Source: a virus (lineage: Duplodnaviria; Heunggongvirae; Uroviricota; Caudoviricetes). From it: 34,130 nucleotides of DNA. The translations under genes and the position numbers were made by a program. The notes beneath the pieces were generated by a model. It was given only the letters and a program-made list of their open reading frames with translations. It did no database searches and was not told where the DNA came from. Of this stretch, positions 8,408 through 17,869 are shown in pieces (position 1 is the first letter of the stretch; every line of letters starts with the position of its first letter). Location: the IMG/VR virus record IMGVR_UViG_2859799533_000006, one strand, 5' to 3'.

Positions 8408-10273
8408 TTATGCGGCTGCTCCAGCTTTGTTTGCTTTAACTTCCACCGTATCAATAAGTACAGGGTAGGTTTCTGCACTACCTGTAATATCCGTAATGAC
8501 AAACCTGTTGAGTCCATTAGCAGTATTGGCCCATTTCACCAGGTCAAACGCCTGTCCATCCACACCATCAAGCACCGGAGTAACATTAATGCTGTTACTG
8601 CCCTTAAATTTAAATGCAAGCGTATGCCAGTCATGGTCGAATGCGCCAAACGTGCCAAGTTCTTTTTGTTGATTAACTGTATGATGGTATGCAACATTAA
8701 TACTGGCTTTATCTGTCTGGACAAAGAAAGAACTCAGATGGCCTTCACCACCCTCACCCGGCCATTCCGCTATTCGCCAGTACAAACCAAAGGCATACTT
8801 GTTTCTGGTTGTCTCAAGATTGACGTTTTCGGGGATTTTAAACCGGACAGCAATTTCCCCGCCTTTTTCCAGTAAAAGTTTTGCCTTGTCTGCAGCAATA
8901 TCACAGTACATTGACCAGGATTTCGCGCTGTTATTTTTCTCAATTCGCAGAGCTTTATTGCCGCTGTCATCAACCAGTGTGCGTCTGCCATACATACCGT
9001 CCCAGCCATAAGGTTTCAGCTGATTGTCTGTAGCTTTTTTGGCATCGTAAAAAATTACAGACTCTGAGGTGGTAACCGGCCTGTCTGGAACAACCACCCC
9101 GGCAGTACCATTAACAAACGCAGAAGACTTACCCGCGCAGCTCAGAATCGCCGTTGCCAGACGGTCGGAAATAATCCCACGGCGAGCCCATGAACTGAAA
9201 TGGCTCGCCCTGTCCTGTGACGTCCAGGTGGCTGAGCTGTCACGCCATTTCGAACCGTAATAACCGATACCCGGAATGTCCGGGTCTTCTTCCGGTTTGT
9301 TCGTCGGCACATTCACCCCGTTCTCATCGGTCATGAACGGTACGAAATGGATATTCTTTTCCGTTTTATTTTTATAGCTGCCGTACACCGTCTGGTACGT
9401 GGATTCGTTCTTCTGCTTCCAGAAATACGTCGTGTCCCCGCATATCCAGGGAACACCGCCAGCAGAGCCACCGACGCACTGGCCTGCCATATCCGCCAGG
9501 TCTGCACGGAATTTATCAACCAGCGCACCAAACTGTGCGGCATGATTTGCCGGCGTACCGCCAAAATCAAATTCCCCCTGCATCCACACCACGGCAAACA
9601 GCACATTTTTCGGGTTCTTCTCCAGTGCCGCTTTTGTTCGACCGATAAGGTCCTTATACAGCGGCTTGTCCACACCCCAGCGGGTTGAATTCTCCGAGGC
9701 ACCACTCGCGTCACTGTATGTGCCATCAGCTCCGGTGGTGAACGCTGAACCACCACGACAGCACGGAACCAGCAGAATGCCCGCATTCGCCGGTATAAAC
9801 GGCAGCAGTTTTTTGGCGATATGCAGCCCCTGCCCCACGGTTCCGTACTGCCCCTTTGACAGGTCCGCTTTCGGATGGTTAAGACGGCTCATGTCCTGCA
9901 CATCATGCAGACAATGGTCCGCCGGAATGATGTCGTTATATTTGCATGCTGCACCGCCCGGTGTCACCGTACTGCGACGCGCCAGTTGCTTAATACGCGG
10001 GTCCGGACGGTCATATGTCCCCGGCAGCGGAAGGCCTTCACCATACGACATGCCGTTTGACTGCCCTGCCAGAACCACAACAAAGTAATACTCCGGGTTG
10101 CTGGTGGCGCTGATTACTGCACCTTCTGCTGCAATCGCCTGCATCAGAGTATAAGGGGTTATGGCCACCGGACTACCAAACGGCTGCCAGCCCTCTTTCA
10201 GTTTATGTGTCAGCTTTTCCGCAAGATCTGACGGCGACGCCGCCCTGACAACATCATAGTGTTTAAATGCCAT
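8408..10273 (-). CDS. NanS-p-type sialate O-acetylesterase (prophage-encoded)
   Basis: About 620 aa starting MAFKHYDVVRAASPSDLAEKLTHKLKEGWQPFGSPVAI (DUF1737-like N-terminus) followed by an esterase-type domain (VVLAGQSNGMSYGEG); sits where NanS-p sits downstream of stx in Stx phages. Start could also be the upstream ATG at 10288. Confidence 0.8.
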   Translation of the reverse strand: MAFKHYDVVRAASPSDLAEKLTHKLKEGWQPFGSPVAITPYTLMQAIAAEGAVISATSNPEYYFVVVLAGQSNGMSYGEGLPLPGTYDRPDPRIKQLARRSTVTPGGAACKYNDIIPADHCLHDVQDMSRLNHPKADLSKGQYGTVGQGLHIAKKLLPFIPANAGILLVPCCRGGSAFTTGADGTYSDASGASENSTRWGVDKPLYKDLIGRTKAALEKNPKNVLFAVVWMQGEFDFGGTPANHAAQFGALVDKFRADLADMAGQCVGGSAGGVPWICGDTTYFWKQKNESTYQTVYGSYKNKTEKNIHFVPFMTDENGVNVPTNKPEEDPDIPGIGYYGSKWRDSSATWTSQDRASHFSSWARRGIISDRLATAILSCAGKSSAFVNGTAGVVVPDRPVTTSESVIFYDAKKATDNQLKPYGWDGMYGRRTLVDDSGNKALRIEKNNSAKSWSMYCDIAADKAKLLLEKGGEIAVRFKIPENVNLETTRNKYAFGLYWRIAEWPGEGGEGHLSSFFVQTDKASINVAYHHTVNQQKELGTFGAFDHDWHTLAFKFKGSNSINVTPVLDGVDGQAFDLVKWANTANGLNRFVITDITGSAETYPVLIDTVEVKANKAGAAA

Positions 10274-10533
10274 GGTTCTTTCCACCATCTGAAAAATGAT
10301 TCTTTAAAATACCTGACATGTAATACAGAAAAAACACAAAACCATACCTTAAATAAAAACCTCATCATCAAGCAGATATGCATGGATAAACTACAAGACG
10401 AGATATAAACCACCCTGCATTTAAATAAACAATAAACAACATCAGAAAAATAATTCTGCTCTATGGTTTACATTCAAAAATATCATTTATACTTTTCAGA
10501 ACATCACCAGCAATGCATAAACAAGGAAACCAA

Positions 10534-10869
10534 ATGAAGTGGATTGTGATTGATACAGTTATCCAGCCATCATGCGGAATATCTTTTTCAGTCATATGGA
10601 GTAAAATAAAATTAATAATCTGGTATCAATCGGATGCTTTCTTACCTCCTGAAAGTATATTTACACTGACTCACACAGGCATCATGCTCAATAACAAAGT
10701 GCTACCTGTAACCATTTACAACGTAGTACCATTCAATAAAACATTCTGGAATTTAATCAAAAACAGCCAGGAATGCCCTACAAATACAGATAACGTATTG
10801 AATGAATGCTTTAATAACCGTTGCACTCTGCAAATATGTCCTTATGGGCTAAAACAACAAAGTCCATAA
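10534..10869 (+). CDS. hypothetical protein in AT-rich cargo slot (stx-equivalent position), opposite strand to the late operon
   Basis: [25 protein letters not shown]... with AAGGA 7 nt upstream; very AT-rich context; several Cys near the C-terminus. Confidence 0.35.
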   Translation: MKWIVIDTVIQPSCGISFSVIWSKIKLIIWYQSDAFLPPESIFTLTHTGIMLNNKVLPVTIYNVVPFNKTFWNLIKNSQECPTNTDNVLNECFNNRCTLQICPYGLKQQSP

Positions 10870-10903
10870 GGAGTTTACTCACATCTGACAAAATCAATAT
10901 AAA

Positions 10904-10925
10904 CAGCCCCTCCGGAGAGGGGCTG
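10904..10925 (-). terminator. rho-independent terminator (minus-strand transcripts)
   Basis: 9-bp GC-rich stem cagcccctc/gaggggctg with loop cgga; on the minus strand it is followed by a U-rich tract. Confidence 0.5.
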
Positions 10926-11158
10926 GAGAGTGGCGCTATGTGCCATTGCATGGTGCCGGGTGCCTCCCGGTGAATTCAGTACCAGCACCTGAATCTGCGA
11001 TTATCCCATATACCTACTCGCTGATTGCCCCTCCGCACAGGGGGATTCACCATGCCAGTTTCTTTTAACAAACTCCCCGCAAACCAGACAACAGTCAACC
11101 GCCTGAATTGTGAGACATTTAAAAAAAAGCCCGCAAAAGCGAGCCAGGGAAAATAAGT

Positions 11159-11235
11159 GTGGCGCGTTCTACTGTATTCGAACCAGTGACCGATTGCTTA
11201 GAAGGCAATTGCTCTGTCCGGCTGAGCTAACAACG
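11159..11235 (-). tRNA. argN: tRNA-Arg (anticodon UCU)
   Basis: Reverse complement gives a cloverleaf with anticodon loop CCTTCTAAG, T-loop TTCGAAT and CCA end; one acceptor-stem and one T-stem mismatch. Confidence 0.6.
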
Positions 11236-11251
11236 CAGGATACAGATAATG

Positions 11252-11326
11252 AACCGCCTTCGGGGACCCGAACTCCGCGCAACCAGCTTCGAAGGCTGGC
11301 GCTCTTTCCTGATGAGCTAATGGCGG
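11252..11326 (-). tRNA. tRNA-Arg-like (anticodon UCG), somewhat degenerate
   Basis: Hand-folded cloverleaf: D-arm gctc/gagc, anticodon stem ccagc/gctgg with loop CTTCGAA, T-loop TTCGGGT; acceptor 6/7 and T-stem 4/5 pairs; A58 replaced by G. Confidence 0.4.
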
Positions 11327-11333
11327 TATGTGA

Positions 11334-11409
11334 TGGTGGCCCTTGCTGGATTTGAACCAGCGACCTGGCGATTATGAGTCGCTCGCTCTCACCACTGAGC
11401 TAAAGGGCC
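11334..11409 (-). tRNA. ileZ: tRNA-Ile2 (anticodon CAU, ileZ-like)
   Basis: Reverse complement GGCCCTTTAGCTCAGTGGTGAGAGCGAGCGACTCATAATCGC...GGTTCAAATCCAGCAAGGGCCACCA closely resembles E. coli tRNA-Ile2; anticodon CAT. Confidence 0.8.
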
Positions 11410-11458
11410 GGGAGCAGAATAATAATGGTGCGTAATTAATTCTGCAATCTCATCCGTT

Positions 11459-12508
11459 TCAAACGATTAAATCCTGAACTTCCCTGACTGTCTGCTCAAA
11501 ACGTCCGGTCTCCAGTTCAACGCCAATCGCACGACGCCCGAGCGCCAGTGCCGCTTTTACCGTTGAACCTGAGCCCATAAAAAAATCTGCAACCTGGTCT
11601 CCCGGACGACTGCTCGCGTTGATTATCTGCTGCAACATTTCTGCCGGTTTTTCGCACGGATGTTTCCCTGGATAGTACTGCACCGGTTTATACGTCCACA
11701 CATCGGTGTACGGCACCTGCACCGTCACACCGAAATACCTCCGCAAATTTTTATATTCACTCAGCAGTTCCATATACTGCCGGCTCAGCTCACTGTATGT
11801 GCTGACCAGTTGGTAATGGGACTTTTCCAGTTCTCTCCGCTGATGTTTCTCTTCTGCCACCCGGGCAAACAGCGACTGTAATTTCAGATAATCGCTTTCG
11901 TTCGGTAGCTGCCACTGACTGGCACTGAACCAGTGCGACACCATGTTTTTCTTTCCTGTGGCATCTGCAATCTGTTTTGCCGTTATCCCCAGGGCAGCTC
12001 GCGCATCACGAAAGTAAGCAATCAGCGGGGCCATCACATTCTGTTTCAGTACCCTGCCCTTCGCCTCATAGCCATCATCTTTCGGGCGGTACGGCCCCTG
12101 ATAATGTTCCGCGAACAGAATGCGCTCTGTGGCGGGGAAATACGCCCGCAGGCTTTCCTTGTTGCATCCGTTCCAGCGTCCGGACGGCTTCGCTCAGATA
12201 ATATGGTTCAGCACACTGAAGCGTTCACGCATCATGATTTCGATATCAGATGCCAGGCGATGACCACAGAACAGGTAAAGACTTCCGGCAGGTTTCAGCA
12301 CCCGCCAGAACTGCGCCAGACACTGCTCCAGCCACTTCAGGTAATCATCGTCGCCCTTCCACTGGTTATCCCAGCCCTCAGGCTTCACTTTAAAGTACGG
12401 CGGGTCCGTGACTATCAGGTCAACAGAATTTTCGGGTAACGACCGGATAAATTCCAGGCAGTCGGCGTTGATTAACTCACAACTGGATATTTTTACAGTA
12501 TTAAGCAT
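11459..12508 (-). pseudogene. phage DNA N6-adenine methyltransferase (DPPY motif) interrupted by an in-frame TGA at 12194..12196
   Basis: N-terminal ORF has LIVTDPPYF; reading continues in the same frame across TGA (...SVLNHII-TGA-AKPSGRWNG...KQNVMAPLIAYFRD...), about 350 codons in total. Confidence 0.8.
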
Positions 12509-12658
12509 GGATCATTAAGCCTGTCTCTGATAGGCTCATTCTGCTTTTGCGCAAAGCAGTGGGCCTGAGGTTTGCTTGTGAACCCAACGCATGAGCAGAT
12601 GGCTGGTGGGTGCCCCTAACACCCACCAGCCGCCCATTTACCACAAATAAAAAAGCCT

Positions 12659-12856
12659 TCACTGCGGAAGGCGTCTGTAACAACCGAACTGATAGTCTGC
12701 CAGACCCGCCATAACCAGCTGGGTCAGTATTAACTGGCAGCGTTCGCGTGAAAGGTAAGTATTCTGCGCTATCTCCCCGACTGTCGCCGGTTCGGTAACG
12801 CTTAATTCATTAAACACCACTCTGGCGGTTTCTGTCATATCCTGCTGTTTTAGCAT
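12659..12856 (-). CDS. small putative DNA-binding (winged-helix-like) protein between Q and the methylase
   Basis: MLKQQDMTETARVVFNELSVTEPATVGEIAQNTYLSRERCQLILTQLVMAGLADYQFGCYRRLPQ with AAGGGA RBS; HTH-like segment. Confidence 0.4.
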   Translation of the reverse strand: MLKQQDMTETARVVFNELSVTEPATVGEIAQNTYLSRERCQLILTQLVMAGLADYQFGCYRRLPQ

Positions 12857-12978
12857 GTCTTTTTCCCTTTTCCGGTTAACGTGACACACCAATAACTCTT
12901 GTCGAAAAAGCCAGCAAGCTGAAAGACAGGTATTCACCGCCACCAGCGCGTTTACTGTACTGACGCGATTTCAGTCAT

Positions 12979-12999
12979 AAAAAAACCGCCAGGCGGCGG
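12979..12999 (-). terminator. rho-independent terminator about 85 nt downstream of Q (tR'-like)
   Basis: Minus-strand hairpin ccgcc-gcct-ggcgg followed by T7; this position downstream of Q is where lambdoid tR' lies. Confidence 0.5.
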
Positions 13000-13082
13000 G
13001 GTGTAAAAAATCTTCTAACGTCAGGCATAAAACGCCCATCATTAGAGCAAATTTACCACAGATTCGGGAAAAATCAACAACA

Positions 13083-13556
13083 CTATCGCGTTACCCTCTT
13101 TAACTGCCGCTCCGCCCATGCCTCTTCAATGTCAAACCGAACCACCAACGTATCGTAAAAGCGTTTCACTGATTTTTTCCACGTATCAAGCGTGATAGCA
13201 CTCGTCACTTTGCATATGGCATTAAATGCCTCCGTTGATGGTAGTCTTTCACAGCCACGACCACCACAACGCTGGCAGTCTCTGATAACAGGCATACCAC
13301 GTTTTACCGACTCTTCACGATGAATGGCGACACCACGCCCACGGCAATCCTTACAGGCGGTGGAAACCTCACCCTTTCCGCCACACTCCGGACAGGCAAC
13401 TTTTACCACCTCCCTGACTTTTTTCCATTCTTCCCAGTAAGACGGATACACGCCTTTTGTGCACTTTGCCCACACTGGTGGCTTACCATCCGGATACTGG
13501 ATCTTGTTTGTAAAAACCTCGCTTTCAATAAATTTTTTCCGTGACAGCAGGGGCAC
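13083..13556 (-). CDS. Q: late-gene antiterminator Q (zinc-finger part); has only a GTG start and is probably the 3' part of a frameshifted longer Q gene
   Basis: CPECGGKG...CKDCRGRG zinc-finger motifs; sits upstream of tR' and the tRNA trio; no ATG start, and overlaps the upstream ORF by 154 nt. Confidence 0.6.
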   Translation of the reverse strand: MPLLSRKKFIESEVFTNKIQYPDGKPPVWAKCTKGVYPSYWEEWKKVREVVKVACPECGGKGEVSTACKDCRGRGVAIHREESVKRGMPVIRDCQRCGGRGCERLPSTEAFNAICKVTSAITLDTWKKSVKRFYDTLVVRFDIEEAWAERQLKRVTR

Positions 13557-13903
13557 TGTTTTTTGCTCGCCGCGCTACGGGCATAATCTTCAAACGCATA
13601 CGAAGCCATAATGCGCATCACTACCGGTTTTATTTCTGCCGGAAGTTTTCTCAACGCCGCCACACGATCGCACCGACTGAGTGCATAATCTGCCAGTAAT
13701 TCTGTTGCCCGCGCCCTGTCATTCATACTGATGCCCATTTTCCCCAGGAACGCAGAAAACCCCATCTCAGCCCGATTCTGTGTCATGCCCTGCGCGGCCA
13801 TCACATCAGTGATACTCAGCGCATCTTTTGACGTTGAGGCCGATGCATCGGTCAGGCTAGGGGATTTTGGGGAGTAGTATTTCGGTAAATCTTCCAGTTT
13901 CAT
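13403..13903 (-). CDS. ORF upstream of and overlapping Q; likely the N-terminal part of the same Q gene displaced by a 1-nt indel in an A6 run
   Basis: MKLEDLPKYYSPKSPSL...RIMASYAFEDYARSAASKKQ then low-plausibility tail; two A6 runs (plus-strand T6 at 13533..13538 and 13559..13564) lie at the frame switch. Confidence 0.4.
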   Translation of the reverse strand: MKLEDLPKYYSPKSPSLTDASASTSKDALSITDVMAAQGMTQNRAEMGFSAFLGKMGISMNDRARATELLADYALSRCDRVAALRKLPAEIKPVVMRIMASYAFEDYARSAASKKQCPCCHGKNLLKARFLQTRSSIRMVSHQCGQSAQKACIRLTGKNGKKSGRW

Positions 13904-14274
13904 TTTTTGACCTGCTCTTCATGCATTATGGGGTAAATCTTCACCCCCATACGTCCACCAGATACTGGCTGACCACGAACGATATTGATTTCATCAAACT
14001 GCTCATCGTCCATTAACACTCCCGCATGCGTCAGCGCATCCAGCGGTGCTTTCAGGATATTGTCCAGGTCGCGACGACGCTTATCCGGTGGCTCTGCAAT
14101 CACCTTTATCGCCAGCCTTCCGGACAGGCTTAATTTCAGCCGCTGCTGGCGAACAATAAGCGCCACAGCCCGGCGATAACGCTTTCCCTCCTCCGAGATA
14201 AAATATGTGCTGCCACGGCGTCGCCAGTAAGTGTTCACCGTCGGCGGGTAAGGTAAAACCAAATCTATGAGCAT
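13900..14274 (-). CDS. rusA: Holliday junction resolvase RusA
   Basis: 124 aa with RusA signature (LPYPPTVNTYWRRRG...DKRRRDLDNILKAPLDALTHAGVLMDDEQ). Confidence 0.9.
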   Translation of the reverse strand: MLIDLVLPYPPTVNTYWRRRGSTYFISEEGKRYRRAVALIVRQQRLKLSLSGRLAIKVIAEPPDKRRRDLDNILKAPLDALTHAGVLMDDEQFDEINIVRGQPVSGGRMGVKIYPIMHEEQVKK

Positions 14275-14286
14275 CAGTCACCTCTT

Positions 14287-15282
14287 TTACCCAAGCACGC
14301 CAGTTGCAAAGGCGTGATCAAGAAAACGAAAAATTAAATCAACCTGAGAACCATGCTTTTCTTCGAACGCCAGAGGATCCGCATGAAGCTCGTTGTGATG
14401 CTCCCGACACAGCGGTAGCGTGAAAATATCGTGAGATTTTGTCCCCATTCAGCCCTGACCATGACCAATCAGGTGATGGGGATCGTCGGCTGGCTTACCA
14501 CAACACGCACACGGCTGTGTCTTCACCCAGCGTGTGTATTTCTCGTTAACCCAGCGGCGACGTTTTGGGCGTAACATAAAAGACTCCGGCGACTCCGGAT
14601 CCACTTTCAGCGCCAGCACCTTTTTCGCCTTATCCTGGATGATGCTGGTGGCAGGAACCGAAGGCACAAGGTCACTTTCCCGGGTGACAGACGGCACAAC
14701 AGGCTTCGGTAATCTCAGTGCCTTACGGGCTGCACTTTCCGGTAAGGCATCCGCCAGGTCATTACGAATCAGCCACCAGCACAGTTCCGGCATTGTCACA
14801 ACGTGACTGTCATCAAAACCGAGATCCCGACGCACAACAGACAACACCCAGCGGGCACAGTTATCCGTTGCCATTGATTCCAGCCGTTCCGTGAACTGGT
14901 CACGGAGAAGATTGTCACAGTGCCAGCACAGACGGATTGCGCCTGGCGCGTGCCGCATTGTGGTCATGTTCTCGCTGTGCCAGTCGGAATGAGGCCACTG
15001 ACAGCCCTTTTCACGAAGTAACCAGCTCTCAAGGCATTCCACGCCACCAGCACGACGGATCACCGCCTCATGGCGGAACACGGCCCGAACGGCAGGATCA
15101 TCCGCCAGCGGTTGTGATGCTGCCGGAACGGCACCGCTGGCGAAAGATGAATAACGTTCCGGCTCAGGCTCCAGCAGGACACGCCCCTGCATAAACAGGG
15201 GCATCAGCTCTGAACCGGGCCTGAACAATACAATCCCCATTCGCGGGGCAATTTCAGGAGTCAACAATGCTCTCACGGTCAC
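14287..15282 (-). pseudogene. prophage DUF968-like protein with C-terminal HNH-like zinc motif, interrupted by an in-frame TGA at 14449..14451
   Basis: Frame reads ...CACCGKPADDPHHLIGHGQG-TGA-MGTKSHDIFTLPLCREHHNELHADPLAFEEKHG...-TAA; the Cys/His motif is split by the stop. Confidence 0.65.
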
Positions 15283-15328
15283 CTCAGCGAACGATATTGC
15301 ATGAACGCAGGAGAAAAAAATTCAGCCA

Positions 15329-15586
15329 TCACGCAGTAAACTCCTTCACCAGCGTTTCAAACTGGCTTACCTGGCCTTCCAGTTCCGCCACGCAATCCAC
15401 CAGCTCATCCACCGCCTTTTGTGTACGGTGTTTTGCCTGCAGCAGATCACGAAGCGCCGGAGTAAGCTGCTTGCGGAGCGTATCTTTTGCCACGCTCGTT
15501 TTTTCCATCTGTTCAGCACAACGAAGCATCTCCTGCGCCTGCCGACGAAGTTGTTCCGGTGAAACAGTGATTGTTCTGTTGTTCAA
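15329..15586 (-). CDS. hypothetical coiled-coil protein
   Basis: 85-aa ORF with its start overlapping the helicase gene stop (ATGA); no recognisable motif. Confidence 0.4.
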   Translation of the reverse strand: MNNRTITVSPEQLRRQAQEMLRCAEQMEKTSVAKDTLRKQLTPALRDLLQAKHRTQKAVDELVDCVAELEGQVSQFETLVKEFTA

Positions 15587-16984
15587 AATAAACGCTCCGT
15601 TTTACTGCCCGACATGCGGTTATTGCTGTATCTGCGCGGATTGCCCGGCGTCATGGGTGTGGAAAGAACCCGGGCACTCTCCTGGTCCACAGGCAGAAAA
15701 TGTCCGTTATGAAAACGCCGGTAAATGGTCCCGAGCGTGCCATTACGCTGTTTCGTGATGTTGATTTCTGCTATGCCTCTGGCCTGAGTTTCCGGGTTGT
15801 ATACCTCATCCCTGTAAAGCATCAGAATGATGTCGGCATCCGCCTCGATTTCCCCGGAGTTTTTCAGGTCCGAGTTCATTGGGCGTTTATTGGGTCTGGA
15901 TTCCACGCCGCGGGAGAGCTGGCTCAGAGCAATCAGCGGAAAACCGCCGGATTTTGCCAGGCTTTTAAGTCCCTTTGAGATTTCCCCCACCGCAAGGTCG
16001 TGACGCCCCGTACTGCGGGTTTTAATCAGGCCGAGGTAATCGACCACCACCAGCGCCGTTTCCGGGTGTTTCATCCGGTGGTGCTTCGTGGTTGCACATA
16101 TCTCATCAATGGGTCAGGTTTGCCTGGTCCACCATCCAGATATTACGCCCCGTCATTCGTCCCACGCCCTGCGAGAAACGCGCCCAGTCTTCATCTTCAA
16201 AACGGGCAACAGACTTAAGACGGGATACCGGCATTCCACCGGCAGCAGACACCATACGTTCACCAATCTGGATGTTCGCCATCTCCATGGTGAACAGAAG
16301 CACGCCATGCCCCTGCTCAGTCACCTTGTCGATGATGTCCAGCGCAAGTTCGGTTTTCCCCATCGAAGGACGGGCGGCAATGAATACCAGGTCTCCGGGC
16401 TCCATACCGCCCGTTTTTGCGTCCAGTTCATCAATACCGGTCATCAGCGCCCTGGATTTCTCCAGTCCCTGATTGCGGCATTCAACACGGTCGACCACTT
16501 CCAGAAGGACATCATCAATGTGAACCGGCTGAATGACGCCCTTTCCGGTCGACAGTGAGGCCATCATGTTCTGCACATCCTTCAGGGCATCCTCGGCTGC
16601 TTCACAGGTATACGCATCACGTAAATTCTGTAATGCTTCAGTCAGTGTTTTTTCTGCATCGCGCAGTGCGGCATTGCGCCGCAACGCTGCGACATAGTGC
16701 TCCAGTGAAGACTTCACCCAGGTTTTGCGTCCGGTGTCGGTAATCACCGGGGCAAGTTCCGGCATCTCATTGCACAGCAGTACGGGGTCAATGACGCCGG
16801 ATATGCGAGCCTGTCTGCAAATCCCCGCGTAAATATCCCGGTACTGACGCACAAAAAATACATCCGCCGGAAGTGTGGCCAGAATATCCATCACTTCCGG
16901 ATCGGCCCCACGCAGAAAAAACGCACCGATGACAGCGCCTTCCAGGTCATCGTTACGCCATGCCGGGGTGTTCTGGCTGGTCAT
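15583..16984 (-). pseudogene. DnaB-like replicative helicase, frameshifted near 16106..16116
   Basis: N-terminal ORF ends ...[14 protein letters not shown]-stop; the +1 frame continues [31 protein letters not shown]... with RecA-fold motifs ([28 protein letters not shown]); switch at a C-run. Confidence 0.8.
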
Positions 16985-17868
16985 GCGGCAACACCTCCGA
17001 TACGAGAACGGTAGCTGGGCCAGTTAAACGACAACCAGTTGCGCCCGCCATCGGTGATCCTGTCGGCAATCCGGGGACTGATGAACGCCCACAATTCTTC
17101 CGGTGAAAGATTGCTGATCAAGATAGTTGGCAAAATACCCTCATACCGGGCATTGATAATTTCCTGCAAAATGGCCATTTCAGCCGCACTGCCAAACTGA
17201 ACGCCGACTTCGTCGACAATCAGCAAATCCAGTGACGCATAATGCTCAATGACGTCATCCGCTGTTTTTTCACTGTCATTCCGCCAGCAGTTTTTCACAG
17301 CCCGGGTAAGGCGCATCACGTCGGTGATCTCCACACTGGCCAGATAGTTACGGATGATGTGTTTTGCCATTGATACCGCCAGATGATTTTTCCCGGTACC
17401 GCAACTGCCGGTCATAACAAGACTGGTACCGTTCTCCAGCATATCTGGCCAGTTCTCCGCATAGCGGCGACAGGCCGCAAGATTTCTGGCTGCGTCAGGA
17501 TTAACCTCCAGATAATTATCAAACTCGCAGTCCCGAAAACGCAGAGCAATTCCGGCGTTATCAGTCAGTTCTTCCGCCTTGAGGGACGACAGTTCCATGG
17601 TCAAATAACTGGCCTCAGCGATCAAGCAGTCAGGGCAGCATGAAATTTTTTCTCTGTCCTCGCCATTACGATCGCTCCACACCAGTATATGCGTACGATA
17701 TTTACCGTGTTTTTCGCAATATCCGCGACCTTCACGCATCAGGCAGGAACGATAAGGCCATGGCTTTTCGCCCTTCTGAGCAAATGCAATCTCTGCCCGT
17801 AACTCATCCATTCGCGCCTGTAGTCTTGTTTGTTTCTCACGTTGGTCAATCGTCATCATCGCTGTCAC
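16981..17868 (-). CDS. DnaC-like helicase loader (AAA+ ATPase)
   Basis: 295 aa with Walker A TGSCGTGKNHLA and Walker B LLIVDEVG; overlaps the helicase start. Confidence 0.85.
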   Translation of the reverse strand: MTAMMTIDQREKQTRLQARMDELRAEIAFAQKGEKPWPYRSCLMREGRGYCEKHGKYRTHILVWSDRNGEDREKISCCPDCLIAEASYLTMELSSLKAEELTDNAGIALRFRDCEFDNYLEVNPDAARNLAACRRYAENWPDMLENGTSLVMTGSCGTGKNHLAVSMAKHIIRNYLASVEITDVMRLTRAVKNCWRNDSEKTADDVIEHYASLDLLIVDEVGVQFGSAAEMAILQEIINARYEGILPTILISNLSPEELWAFISPRIADRITDGGRNWLSFNWPSYRSRIGGVAA

Positions 17869-17869
17869 C

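Noticed and set aside
8536-10088. Multiple ORFs of 60-150 aa in both strands across 8.5-10.1 kb
   Set aside because: All lie within or antisense to the 620-aa NanS-p esterase gene, which gives a coherent single reading frame.
10289-11158. Shiga toxin genes expected between the phage tRNAs and the NanS-p esterase
   Set aside because: No ORF with an A-subunit (about 315 aa) or B-subunit (about 89 aa, signal peptide) organisation is present; the slot holds only AT-rich DNA and one unrelated plus-strand ORF.
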